From Paraspadella gotoi (taxonomy: Eukaryota; Animalia; Chaetognatha), in assembly GCA_051294375.1 (NCBI GenBank), contig CM119264.1, forward strand, positions 19,599,590-19,663,589: a DNA stretch of 64,000 bases. Direction: 5' to 3'. Made by a program: the position numbers and the translations under genes. This document shows positions 39,318 through 54,300 of the stretch, in pieces; the first letter of the stretch is position 1; every line of letters starts with the position of its first letter. The notes below the pieces were generated by a model. That model worked only from the letters and a program-made list of their open reading frames with translations. It made no database searches and was not told where the DNA came from.

Positions 39318-42300
39318 AAAACACAAATCTTCCAATAAAGAATTAGAAAGAAGAGGAAAGGAGAAAAAGTCAGCTGATAATGGGAGATTGAAGGTGACAA
39401 CGTAACCGGTATCTCTCTTTATCTCTCTCTTTCTCTCAAAGAATAGAAGAGAAAACAAAACTTTAAAAAATATAAAAGAAAAGAAAACATTAAAGAAAAA
39501 ATAAAGAACAAAGAAAAGAAAAAAGTGAAAAGAAAAAAAGAAAAGAAATTAAAGAAGAAAAGAAAAAAAGGAGACTAGCCTAGGTACCTCTTTTTTCCTT
39601 CCTAACCTTACATAGCGAGAGTGCCGAGTAAAATGCGGAGGATAAACTGTAACTTAAGTTTTTTTATACTTTCATGGATAGTGGGATACTTACTTTTTTT
39701 ACTTAGCATTAGGATTTTGGCAAATTAAATTATAAATTTATAACATTTTCAGGTTGTCGAGGCAGCTCGTGCTCCATCATTTCCACAACAATTAGAATGT
39801 TTAAGTGGAGAAATTAGAGTTGGAAAAGAAATACGTTTGGAGTGTACATTGGATGCATATCCAGAAGCTAAAACTTGCTGGTACTTTAATGATGAAAAGA
39901 TAAGCAGAACTCGTAAGCATCAAATATGTATGGAAGGAGCAAATAAGCATATACTAACGGTAATGGACGTAACTGAAGAAGATGCAGGTAATCTTAAGTC
40001 CAAATTCTCGAAGGTATGGATATTATTTATTAAAAAGAAAGGGTGAACAGTGAACACTGAAGGATTTAATCATTAGCAGTTTTTTAGTCCGATCACCTTT
40101 ACTTTCAGCAGACCCGATTCTATAATTCACTTAGTCGTTCTGTCAGTCGCCACCGCATTATTTGGTCAGTCAATAACTTAAAAAAATCTTACAGAACATC
40201 GAATTATAAATACGCTAATTTCAAATGGGATTGAATTGAAAAAAATTGTTATAACTCTTAACTGTGATTAATATTTGTTCATTTAATATTGAATTGAATA
40301 TAAAGTTTCGATGGAATCGTGCTAATGGGAATGAGTTTAAATTGAAAAAAACTTAAGTCACATTTACTCATAATTATTATATTTATTAAAAAATGGATTT
40401 ATAAATTCAAATAAAATTTTGTGTGTGTGTGTCGGAAAGTATGGAATCAAGCTGGATATAATTTTTTTTTATGGAAACGAGTTAGAAAACTAAAAGACAC
40501 ATTTATTTGAATTTTTAAAAGTTTCTCTCTCTCTATTTCTTTCTGATTGATTCATTGATTGAATGATTGATAGTTAATTGGATTAAAAGATTAATTGATA
40601 ACTTTTTTAATTGATTAATTTAGAAAATCTGTTACGATTTATTATGTTATGATTAGTTATGTTTGTTTCTCTCTATTTATTTATGAATTTTTTTGTACCA
40701 TTCATCGGACATCAAATCTTATAAGCTGCTTACTGCTAAATTATCGTAGGCAGATCCGAAATTGTTTGCTCAAACTTGTTTTAGTTTAATTTAAACATTC
40801 AGTAGTTTTCTAACTAATAGATTTCATGAAAATTATATTCGTATTACTCCAGATTGAAGTCCGTTTAGAGTTTAAGCATGACTAAAAATGGGTGCTGACC
40901 GACAGACTGACAAACTGAAATTTAGATCATGAATGAGGAATGCAGTCGCGACTAAAGAACAGATGCATTTAGCATAAAAATTAATTAAAATTGTAAATTT
41001 TAATTATTTAGAATACTTGTTCGCGACAAAGTAAAAGAGTTATTTTTATTTTAAAAATACCACAGAATATTTGTTATATCTTAAATAGCGTGAAGTCCTA
41101 TATAGCAATACTATTTCGAAATTATGCAGGAGAATATTCGATTGAAGCAAAAAACTCTTCTGGTGTATGTAAGTCTGATTATCTTATCAAAGTACTGAAA
41201 GCTTTGCCTGGAGAAGAGCCAAAAGCTAAACAGAAACTATCACCTTTGTCAAAGGCACCAAAAATAATAAAACTAATCAAACCACTGACAACAATTGCAA
41301 ATGGAGCTGTTTGTAGGTAATTTTTTTGTTGTATTAAGTAAAATATTTTTACTATTATTTTGTTCAAATTGATATTTTAAATTATTTATGTTAAATTATT
41401 TCAGATTGGAAATTGTTGTTGATGCAGTTCCTGATGTCGTATTTGAATGGTACAAGCATGGTGAAGTTATCAAAGCAAGTTCCAAACATGAAATCCATCA
41501 TAATCCTAACCATGGTATCTTGGTGATCAATAATGTTCAACAAGAAGATGCAGGAACATATGTCGTTTCTGTTTCAAATGAGTCTGGGCAAGTAACTCAT
41601 GAAATGCCTCTGGCTGTCAAAGGTAAAGAAATGCATTTGAAATAGTTTATTGGATATGCAATAAGTTTTTTTATTACATTTTAGATTCGACTGCCTCCCG
41701 ATTTCCACAAAAACCTGTTATTGCACGTAAGTTTGAAAATCAAAATGTATGTTTTTACAAAAAAATTGATTAGAATACTTTATTGTTGCTTTACTTCTTC
41801 ATTATCAAGGGAGCCCTGTTCATGGAGAACCAAAGTATGTCAAAGGAGTCACTTTAGATGGAGAAGCAAAGCCTGGACAAACAACTTAGTAAAAAATGTT
41901 CACTAGTAGAATAATCACGATTTGAGATAAATCAATTATATTTTTTTTCAGCCTGGATGCATTTGTTAAAGGAGCACCACAGCCCTTAATAACATGGTTT
42001 GTCAATGGAATGGAGATTCTTCCATCTGAAAAGTATAAGATGGAGTACGAAAAAACGAAGGCTGTTTTAGCTATCAATGATACTACTGCCAAAGACAGTG
42101 GAGAATATACTTGCATGGCAGAAAATGATTTAGGCATGCAAACAAGTACATTTTACTTACATGTACGCGGTAAGTACCTGGAGTGCATGTATTCAGTGCA
42201 TTATTTTAATAATCTTTTGAGGACAGCTTTAGCATTTTATATGACTGTTTGGTTTTTTTTTCAATTCTTTTAATTGAAAAAAAAATTGTATTTTCCTTTA

Positions 42301-45300
42301 TTAATGATTTACTTACGATAAGTATAAGGTTTTGTTACTTTGAAAAATTGGATCAAAGTATGTTCACTATTAAAATAAAAATGGAAAATATATATTATTA
42401 AAATATTGCAGGTAATTCATAAATATATTTTCTATTTGATTACTATTAAATAAAATAACAATATAATTACTATAAAAATAATATATAATAATATATAGAT
42501 CATAAACTTTTTTTCATATTGATTTTTAGTTTTTTAAAATTAAACAATATATTTTCCATTTGATTACTATTAAATAAAATAACTATACAATTACTATAAA
42601 AAAAATATATAATAATATATAGATCATAAACTTTTTTCATATTGATTTTTAACTTTTTAAAATTAAACAATATATATAAATGCTTTATGGTTTATTCATT
42701 TTAGTACAAAATTAATATATTTTTTGCAAGATTTTCACATGTCATGAGGTATTATGTGTCATGAAATCTGCTTTGCAATATAGTTAGTTCCCACCATCAA
42801 TGCATGATTTCATTTCTTTAGGTCTCAAAGAAATGAACTTTAAGAATTATAAAAAATCAAGCTTTTAAATAAAAAGCACCCTTTCAAATTGAGTGGAAGT
42901 TTTAGACATTGCATGAGTTTAGCTTGTTAAAGGTGTTAGACTATATTATATAATTTTTTTATAATTGAATTTTTTTAAAGTGAAACAAGATGAGCCCTAC
43001 TTCTCACAATGCCTTTCAAAAACATCTGCAAAAGCAGGAGAAACTGTGGTATTAGGATGTTATTCTGTCATATCAAAGGGAATTCCAAAATTGACATGGT
43101 TTAAAAACGACCAAATTTTAAAGTCTAATGACAGATTCAAGAGTAATTTCGATAAAAAATCAGGAGAAATAACCTTAACTATCAGTTCTGTTACTTTGGA
43201 TGATGAAGGATCTTATATGTGTCAAATTGATAACGGTTTCGGAATTGCAGAATCTGAATCACCTCTTGTGATATGTAAGTATTTTAGTTGATTTAAGGTA
43301 TATGGCTAAAGGGATTTCTTGCCTATCATTAGTTGATTTTTTCTTGGTTTTAGATGACCACCAATTTGGGATCGAGGAAAATAAAAATATTAAAAACATT
43401 TTTTTATTAAAAGATCATGAACAAATGCACAACAGACCCAAAGTGTCATTTACAGATCAACCAGATGTAAAGCAGTTATCTCCAAGGTATTCGGAGAGTC
43501 TTACTCAAAAGCAATCTCTTCATGTACCTCATGAAAATCTTAAAGAAACACTTGACAGCAAAGTTTATAGTATTTCTATCAAACCAGAAGAAAATGTTAA
43601 AGCTAATGCTCAGCTCTCAGGTAGATTAAAATTATTAAGTTTTGATAATGTATTTGCTGATACAAAACCGTTAGTCCAAGTTAAAACAATTATTAGCAGA
43701 GAGAAAGATGTCTCCCCAAAGCTTGTAGTACCTAATGAATTTGATGATAAGTTGAAAGATATTTTTGCTACCCCACAATCACAAGTTTTTGAGGTAGATG
43801 AAAAAATTATGTATACTGAAATAGACAAACGATATTTGGCTGAACTTGAAACTCAAGAAGAATTTGAGAAATTGTCTCAAGGACTCAGCATAATAAAGCC
43901 AGAAAAAGACAAGGCAAGATCTACTGTTGCTGGTAAAGTAAAATTAGACACTTCTTCCTCAATTGTAGAAAAACTAACTGAAAAATCAGTGTTGCCTTAC
44001 TCAGCAATTGATTCGCTTGACATCATTGAACCATTGACTGCTGAAGAAATAGAAAGTAAAACTACAGAAAAATCAAAAGCATCGTTACTCCATCTTAATG
44101 AACCACAAGAAACTATTATCAAAACTCAGGTAGAAAAAATAATAACAGCTGAATTAAAAGAAACTGAAATGGAAGAAGAAAGGACGCTAATAAAAAAATG
44201 TTGTACGCCTACCCAATGTAAAGCAGAAATTAAATTTGTTTCTAAAAAGAAAGTAGGAGAAATAGCCAGTGCCCGAGAAGAGCCTAAGATTTTGATATGC
44301 CAGGGTGATAAAAAAATTGAGAATGAAATCATTATTGATCAAGCTACTCAAACTCATCCAATTGAGAAAATGGAAACTAATGATGCTAAAAAAAGTAAAG
44401 AAATTCTTGAAAAACATTCAATACAACTTAAGTTGTTAGAAGAAAATAAAGAAGAGATACATAAGAGCAGAAAAAACTATGAACCTGCTAATGCAAGTAC
44501 TAAAATACAGAATAAAAAGAAAGTAAAAACAGTACATGCTATTAGCTTTGACAAACCTCAACTCCTGATAAAACCATTTAATGCCAATGAATCAATTGAA
44601 AAATTCAGTTGGCAGATACCAGTCGAATACATTCCTGTCGGTTTTCAGATAGCATCTAAAGAAAATGTTGAACAAATGTTAACTGAAAAAATAAAACCAG
44701 ATACCCTTAATAAGATGTTTGTTGTGCATGGTACGTTAATAGATGGAAGTACATTTGAGGTTCCTATGGTAAAAGAAAAAGAAAAAGTTGAAAAATCTGT
44801 AGCACATACAAAGTTACAGGGTAAAATAAAATTTAAACCGGAAAAACTAGATTCGTTAACAAAACCGACTGTTGAAATTAAATCATTTAGTTCAGTGCAA
44901 TCAATTGAAAATTTTTGCTGGGAATTACCTGAAGAATGGACACCAACTGGATACGTTGTTGCATCACCTGCTGAAATTACAGATCTAATTTCAGAAACAG
45001 TTGATAAAGATACTGTAAATAAATTCTTTGTGGCTGAGGTCATGCTTGCAGATGGTACTCATTTTGAAGTCCCAGTTCTTACAGAGAAAGAAACATTTGC
45101 AAAGTTTAAAGCTCAGCATAAGTTGCAAACTAAATCTTCCAAAAAGCTGGATAAAGAGGCAATTTTAATCGGAAAGCCAATTATATCTGTGCTCCCATTT
45201 ACTTCAAACGTATCAGTGGAAAAATTGTCATGGGAATTTCCTAATGAGCACGGTCCGCCAGGATTTGAATTAGCAACATATGACGTGGTTAATAATTTTC

Positions 45301-48300
45301 TTAATGAAAAATTTGATGTAAATAATCCTAAAAAATTATTTATTGCCCAAATAAAATATGAGTGTGGTAGGGAATTTGAAGTTCCAGTTATTCAAAAAAG
45401 TGAAAAAATTAAAGGATCTACTGCTCACACAAAAATACAAGGCAAAATAAACTTAAAAGAATCATCAACTATTTTACCCAAGCCTAATATACAATTACGA
45501 CCACTGTCACCTCAAGAAGCTATTGATTCATTAACCTGGGAGTTTAATGATGATTGGACTCCATCTGGTTATGAAATAGCATCAAAAAAAGACATAAAAG
45601 AAGCAATATCTCAAAAGGCTTCTTTAGATCAAATTAAGAAAATGTATGTTGCTGAAATTTCTTATACTGATGGAACAGAATTCAAAATTCCAGTTATTTT
45701 AAAAGATACAGTTGAAAAGTATATTGCAAATACAAAATTACATGGGAAAAGGAAATTTAAACCGGAAAAAGTAGATTCATTAGCAAAACCAAATGTTGAA
45801 ATTAAACCAATTAGTTCAGTACAATCATTTGAAAATTTTTGCTGGGAATTGCCTGAAGAATGGACACCAACTGGATATGTCATTGCATCACATGCTGAAA
45901 TTACAGATTTAGTTTCAGAAACCGTGGCTAAGGATTCTGTAAATAAGTTTTTTGTGGCTGAAGTCAAGCTTGCAGATGGTACTCATTTTGAAGTACCCGT
46001 TGTTAGAGAGAAAGAAAAATTAGTAGAGTTCAAAGCTCAACATAAGTTACAAACTAAATCTTCTAAAAAAATTGTTAATGAAGCAATTTTAACTGGAAAG
46101 CCAAATATATCTGTGCTCCCATTTACTTCAAATGTAACTGTAGAAAATTTTTCATGGGAATTTCCTAATGAACATGCTCCGCCAGGATTTGAAATAGCTA
46201 CATATGATGTGGTTAATAATTTTCTTAATGAAAAATTTGATGTAAATAATGATAAAAAATTATTCATTGCCCAAATAAAATATGAGGATGGTAATGAATT
46301 TGAAGTTCCAATTATTCAAAAAAGTGAAAAAATTAAAGAATCTACTGCTCACACAAAAATACAATACAAAATAAACTTAAAAGAATCATCAACTATTTTA
46401 CCCAAGCCTAATATACAATTACGACCACTGTCACCTCAAGAAGCTATTGATTCATTAACCTGGGAGTTTAATGATGATTGGACACCAGCTGGTTATGAAA
46501 TAGCATCAAAAAAAGAGATAGAAGAAGCATTATCTCAAAAAGCTTCTTTGGATCAAATTAAGAAAATGTTTATTGCTGAAATTTCTTATACCGATGGAAC
46601 AGAATTCAAAATGCCAGTTGTTTTAAAAGACACAGTTGAAAAGTATATTGCAAATACAAAATTACATGGAAAAATGAAATTTAAACCGGAAAAAGTAGAT
46701 TCATTAGCAAAACCGAATGTTGAAATTAAACCAATTAGTTCAGTCCAATCATTTGAAAATTTTTGCTGGGAATTGCCTGAAGAATGGACACCAACTGGAT
46801 ATGTTGTTGCATCACTGCTGAAATTACAGATTTATTTCAGAAACCGTGGCTAAGGATTCTGTAAATAAGTTCTTTGTGGCTGAAGTCAAGCTTGCAGATG
46901 GTACTCATTTTGAAGTACCCGTTGTTAGAGAGAAAGAAAAATTAGTAGAGTTCAAAGCTCAACATAAGTTACAAACTAAATCTTCTAAAAAATTTGTAAT
47001 GAAGCAATTTTAACTGGAAAGCCAAATATATCTGTGCTCCCATTTACTTCAAATGTAACTGTAGAAAATTTTTCATGGGAATTTCCTAATGACCATGCTC
47101 CGCCAGGATTTGAAATAGCTACATATGATGTGGTTAATAATTTTCTTAATGAAAAATTTGATGTAAATAATGATAAAAAATTATTCATTGCCCAAATAAA
47201 ATATGAGGATGGTAACGAATTTGAAGTTCCAATTATTCAAAAAAGTGAAAAAATTAAAGATCTACTGCTCACACAAAAATACAAGGCAAAATAAACTTAA
47301 AAGAATCATCAACTATTTTACCCAAGCCTAAAATACAAATACGACCACTGTCACCTCAAGAAGCTATTGATTCATTAACCTGGGAGTTTAATGATGATTG
47401 GACACCAGCTGGTTATGAAGTAGCATCAAAAAAAGAGATAGAAGAAGCATTATCTCAAAAAGCTTCTTTAGATCAAATTAAGAAAATGTTTATTGCTGAA
47501 ATTTCTTATACTGATGGAACAGAATTCAAAATGGCAGTTGTTTTAAAAGATACAGTTGAAAAGTATATTGCAAATACAAAATTACATGGAAAAATGAAAA
47601 TTAACCCGGAAAAAGTAGATTCATTAGCAAAACCGAATGTTGAAATTAAACCAATTAGTTCAATGCAATCATTTGAAAATTTTTGCTGGGAATTGCCTGA
47701 AGAATGGACACCAACTGGATATGTTGTTGCGTCACATGCTGAAATTACAGATTTATTTCAGAAACCGTAGCTAAAGAATCTGTAAATAAGTTCTTTGTGG
47801 CTGAAGTCAAGCTTGCAGATGGTACTCATTTTGAAGTACCCATTGTTAGAGAGAAAGAAACATTAGAAGAGTTCAAAGCTCAACATAAGTTACAAACTAA
47901 ATCTTCTAATAAACTTGTCAATGAAGCAATTTTAACTGGAAAGCCAAATATATCTGTGATCCCCTTTAGTGCAAATGTGACTGTAGAAAATTTTTCATGG
48001 GAATTTCCTAATGACCACGCACCGCCAGGATTTGAAATAGCAACATATGATGTTGTTAATAATTTTCTCAACGAAAAATTTGATGTAAATAATGATAAAA
48101 AATTATTCATTGCCCAAATAAAATATAAGGATGGTAATGAATTTGAAGTTCCAATTATACAAAAAAGTGAAAAAATAAAGGATCTACTGCTCACACAAAA
48201 ATACAAAGCAAAATAATTTTAAAAGAATCATCAACTATTTTACCCAAGCCTAATATACAATTACGACCACTGTCACCTCAAGAAGCTATTGATTCATTAA

Positions 48301-51300
48301 CCTGGGAATTTAATGATGATTGGACACCAGCTGGTTATGAAATAGCATCAAAAAAAGAGATAGAAGAAGCATTATCTCAAAAAGATTCTTTGGATCAAAT
48401 TAAGAAAATGTTTATTGCTGAAATTTCTTATACTGATGGAACAGAATTCAAAATGGCAGTTGTTTTAAAAGATACAGTTGAAAAGTTTATTGCAAATACA
48501 AAATTACATAAAAAAATGAAATTTAACTCGGAAAAAGTAGATTCTTTAGCAAAACCGAATGTTGAAATTAAACCAATTAGTTCAATGCAATCATTTGAAA
48601 ATTTTTGCTGGGAATTGCCTGAAGAATGGACACCAACTGGATATATTGTTGCGTCACCTGCTGAAATTACAGATTTAATTTCAGAAACCGTGGCTAAGGA
48701 TTCTGTAAATAAGTTCTTTGTGGCTGAAGTCAAGCTTGCAGATGGTACTCATTTTGAAGTACCTGTTGTTAGAGAGAAGGAAACATTAGTAGAGTTCANN
48801 NNNNNNNNNNNNNNNNNNNNNNNATTAGCAAAACCGAATGTTGAAATTAAACCAATTAGTTCAGTCCAATCATTTGAAAATTTTTGCTGGGAATTGCCTG
48901 AAGAATGGACACCAACTGGATATGTTGTTGCATCACCTGCTGAAATTACAGATTTATTTCAGAAACCGTGGCTAAGGATTCTGTAAATAAGTTCTTTGTG
49001 GCTGAAGTCAAGCTTGCAGATGGTACTCATTTTGAAGTACCCGTTGTTAGAGAGAAAGAAAAATTAGTAGAGTTCAAAGCTCAACATAAGTTACAAACTA
49101 AATCTTCTAAAAAATTTGTCAATGAAGCAATTTTAACTGGAAAGCCAAATATATCTGTGCTCCCATTTACTTCAAATGTAACTGTAGAAAATTTTTCATG
49201 GGAATTTCCTAATGACCATGCTCCGCCAGGATTTGAAATAGCTACATATGATGTGGTTAATAATTTTCTTAATGAAAAATTTGATGTAAATAATGATAAA
49301 AAATTATTCATTGCCCAAATAAAATATGAGGATGGTAACGAATTTGAAGTTCCAATTATTCAAAAAAGTGAAAAAATTAAAGATCTACTGCTCACACAAA
49401 AATACAAGGCAAAATAAACTTAAAAGAATCATCAACTATTTTACCCAAGCCTAAAATACAAATACGACCACTGTCACCTCAAGAAGCTATTGATTCATTA
49501 ACCTGGGAGTTTAATGATGATTGGACACCAGCTGGTTATGAAGTAGCATCAAAAAAAGAGATAGAAGAAGCATTATCTCAAAAAGCTTCTTTAGATCAAA
49601 TTAAGAAAATGTTTATTGCTGAAATTTCTTATACTGATGGAACAGAATTCAAAATGGCAGTTGTTTTAAAAGATACAGTTGAAAAGTATATTGCAAATAC
49701 AAAATTACATGGAAAAATGAAAATTAACCCGGAAAAAGTAGATTCATTAGCAAAACCGAATGTTGAAATTAAACCAATTAGTTCAATGCAATCATTTGAA
49801 AATTTTTGCTGGAATTGCCTGAAGAATGGACACCAACTGGATATGTTGTTGCGTCACATGCTGAAATTACAGATTTAATTTCAGAAACCGTAGCTAAAGA
49901 ATCTGTAAATAAGTTCTTTGTGGCTGAAGTCAAGCTTGCAGATGGTACTCATTTTGAAGTACCCATTGTTAGAGAGAAAGAAACATTAGAAGAGTTCAAA
50001 GCTCAACATAAGTTACAAACTAAATCTTCTAATAAACTTGTCAATGAAGCAATTTTAACTGGAAAGCCAAATATATCTGTGATCCCCTTTAGTGCAAATG
50101 TGACTGTAGAAAATTTTTCATGGGAATTTCCTAATGACCACGCACCGCCAGGATTTGAAATAGCAACATATGATGTTGTTAATAATTTTCTCAACGAAAA
50201 ATTTGATGTAAATAATGATAAAAAATTATTCATTGCCCAAATAAATATAAGGATGGTAATGAATTTGAAGTTCCAATTATACAAAAAAGTGAAAAAATCA
50301 AAGGATCTACTGCTCACACAAAAATACAAAGCAAAATAATTTTAAAAGAATCATCAACTATTTTACCCAAGCCTAATATACAATTACGACCACTGTCACC
50401 TCAAGAAGCTATTGATTCATTAACCTGGGAATTTAATGATGATTGGACACCAGCTGGTTATGAAATAGCATCAAAAAAAGAGATAGAAGAAGCATTATCT
50501 CAAAAAGATTCTTTGGATCAAATTAAGAAAATGTTTATTGCTGAAATTTCTTATACTGATGGAACAGAATTCAAAATGGCAGTTGTTTTAAAAGATACAG
50601 TTGAAAAGTTTATTGCAAATACAAAATTACATAAAAAAATGAAATTTAACTCGGAAAAAGTAGATTCTTTAGCAAAACCGAATGTTGAAATTAAACCAAT
50701 TAGTTCAATGCAATCATTTGAAAATTTTTGCTGGGAATTGCCTGAAGAATGGACACCAACTGGATATATTGTTGCGTCACCTGCTGAAATTACAGATTTA
50801 ATTTCAGAAACCGTGGCTAAGGATTCTGTAAATAAGTTCTTTGTGGCTGAAGTCAAGCTTGCAGATGGTACTCATTTTGAAGTACCTGTTGTTAGAGAGA
50901 AGGAAACATTAGTAGAGTTCANNNNNNNNNNNNNNNNNNNNNNNNNAATTGCCTGAAGAATGGACACCAACTGGATATGTTGTTGCGTCACATGCTGAAA
51001 TTACAGATTTAATTTCAGAAACCGTAGCTAAAGAATCTGTAAATAAGTTCTTTGTGGCTGAAGTCAAGCTTGCAGATGGTACTCATTTTGAAGTACCCAT
51101 TGTTAGAGAGAAAGAAACATTAGAAGAGTTCAAAGCTCAACATAAGTTACAAACTAAATCTTCTAATAAACTTGTCAATGAAGCAATTTTAACTGGAAAG
51201 CCAAATATATCTGTGATCCCCTTTAGTGCAAATGTGACTGTAGAAAATTTTTCATGGGAATTTCCTAATGACCACGCACCGCCAGGATTTGAAATAGCAA

Positions 51301-54300
51301 CATATGATGTTGTTAATAATTTTCTCAACGAAAAATTTGATGTAAATAATGATAAAAAATTATTCATTGCCCAAATAAAATATAAGGATGGTAATGAATT
51401 TGAAGTTCCAATTATACAAAAAAGTGAAAAAATCAAAGGATCTACTGCTCACACAAAAATACAAAGCAAAATAATTTTAAAAGAATCATCAACTATTTTA
51501 CCCAAAAGATAGAAGAAGCATTATCTCAAAAAGCTTCTTTGATCAAATTAAGAAAATGTTTATTGCTGAAATTTCTTATACCGATGGAACAGAATTCAAA
51601 ATGCCAGTTGTTTTAAAAGACACAGTTGAAAAGTATATTGCAAATACAAAATTACATGGAAAAATGAAATTTAAACCGGAAAAAGTAGATTCATTAGCAA
51701 AACCGAATGTTGAAATTAAACCAATTAGTTCAGTCCAATCATTTGAAAATTTTTGCTGGGAATTGCCTGAAGAATGGACACCAACTGGATATGTTGTTGC
51801 ATCACCTGCTGAAATTACAGATTTATTTCAGAAACCGTGGCTAAGGATTCTGTAAATAAGTTTTTGTGGCTGAAGTCAAGCTTGCAGATGGTACTCATTT
51901 TGAAGTACCCGTTGTTAGAGAGAAAGAAAAATTAGTAGAGTTCAAAGCTCAACATAAGTTACAAACTAAATCTTCTAAAAAATTTGTCAATGAAGCAATT
52001 TTAACTGGAAAGCCAAATATATCTGTGCTCCCATTTACTTCAAATGTAACTGTAGAAAATTTTTCATGGGAATTTCCTAATGACCATGCTCCGCCAGGAT
52101 TTGAAATAGCTACATATGATGTGGTTAATAATTTTCTTAATGAAAAATTTGATGTAAATAATGATAAAAATTATTCATTGCCCAAATAAAATATGAGGAT
52201 GGTAACGAATTTGAAGTTCCAATTATTCAAAAAAGTGAAAAAATTAAAGGATCTACTGCTCACACAAAATACAAGGCAAAATAAACTTAAAAGAATCATC
52301 AACTATTTTACCCAAGCCTAAAATCAAATACGACCACTGTCACCTCAAGAAGCTATTGATTCATTAACCTGGGAGTTTAATGATGATTGGACACCAGCTG
52401 GTTATGAAGTAGCATCAAAAAAAGAGATAGAAGAAGCATTATCTCAAAAAGCTTCTTTAGATCAAATTAAGAAAATGTTTATTGCTGAAATTTCTTATAC
52501 TGATGGAACAGAATTCAAAATGGCAGTTGTTTTAAAAGATACAGTTGAAAAGTATATTGCAAATACAAAATTACATGGAAAAATGAAAATTAACCCGGAA
52601 AAAGTAGATTCATTAGCAAAACCGAATGTTGAAATTAAACCAATTAGTTCAATGCAATCATTTGAAAATTTTTGCTGGGAATTGCCTGAAGAATGGACAC
52701 CAACTGGATATGTTGTTGCGTCACATGCTGAAATTACAGATTTATTTCAGAAACCGTAGCTAAAGAATCTGTAAATAAGTTCTTTGTGGCTGAAGTCAAG
52801 CTTGCAGATGGTACTCATTTTGAAGTACCCATTGTTAGAGAGAAAGAAACATTAGAAGAGTTCAAAGCTCAACATAAGTTACAAACTAAATCTTCTAATA
52901 AACTTGTCAATGAAGCAATTTTAACTGGAAAGCCAAATATATCTGTGATCCCCTTTAGTGCAAATGTGACTGTAGAAAATTTTTCATGGGAATTTCCTAA
53001 TGACCACGCACCGCCAGGATTTGAAATAGCAACATATGATGTTGTTAATAATTTTCTCAACGAAAAATTTGATGTAAATAATGATAAAAAATTATTCATT
53101 GCCCAAATAAAATATAAGGATGGTAATGAATTTGAAGTTCCAATTATACAAAAAAGTGAAAAAATTAAAGGATCTACTGCTCACACAAAAATACAAAGCA
53201 AAATAATTTTAAAAGAATCATCAACTATTTTACCCAAGCCTAATATACAATTACGACCACTGTCACCTCAAGAAGCTATTGATTCATTAACCTGGGATTT
53301 AATGATGATTGGACACCAGCTGGTTATGAAATAGCATCAAAAAAAGAGATAGAAGAAGCATTATCTCAAAAAGATCTTTGGATCAAATTAAGAAAATGTT
53401 TATTGCTGAAATTTCTTTATACTGATTGAACCAGAANNNNNNNNNNNNNNNNNNNNNNNNNTTCAAAATGGCAGTTGTTTTAAAAGATACAGTTGAAAAG
53501 TTTATTGCAAATACAAAATTACATAAAAAAATGAAATTTAACTCGGAAAAAGTAGATTCTTTAGCAAAACCGAATGTTGAAATTAAACCAATTAGTTCAA
53601 TGCAATCATTTGAAAATTTTTGCTGGGAATTGCCTGAAGAATGGACACCAACTGGATATATTGTTGCGTCACCTGCTGAAATTACAGATTTAATTTCAGA
53701 AACCGTGGAAGATAGAAGAAGCATTATCTCAAAAAGCTTCTTTGATCAAATTAAGAAAATGTTTATTGCTGAAATTTCTTATACGATGGAACAGAATTCA
53801 AAATGCCAGTTGTTTTAAAAGACACAGTTGAAAAGTATATTGCAAATACAAAATTACATGGAAAAATGAAATTTAAACCGGAAAAAGTAGATTCATTAGC
53901 AAAACCGAATGTTGAAATTAAACCAATTAGTTCAGTCCAATCATTTGAAAATTTTTGCTGGGAATTGCCTGAAGAATGGACACCAACTGGATATGTTGTT
54001 GCATCACCTGCTGAAATTACAGATTTATTTCAGAAACCGTGGCTAAGGATTCTGTAAATAAGTTTTTGTGGCTGAAGTCAAGCTTGCAGATGGTACTCAT
54101 TTTGAAGTACCCGTTGTTAGAGAGAAAGAAAAATTAGTAGAGTTCAAAGCTCAACATAAGTTACAAACTAAATCTTCTAAAAAATTTGTCAATGAAGCAA
54201 TTTTAACTGGAAAGCCAAATATATCTGTGCTCCCATTTACTTCAAATGTAACTGTAGAAAATTTTTCATGGGAATTTCCTAATGACCATGCTCCGCCAGG

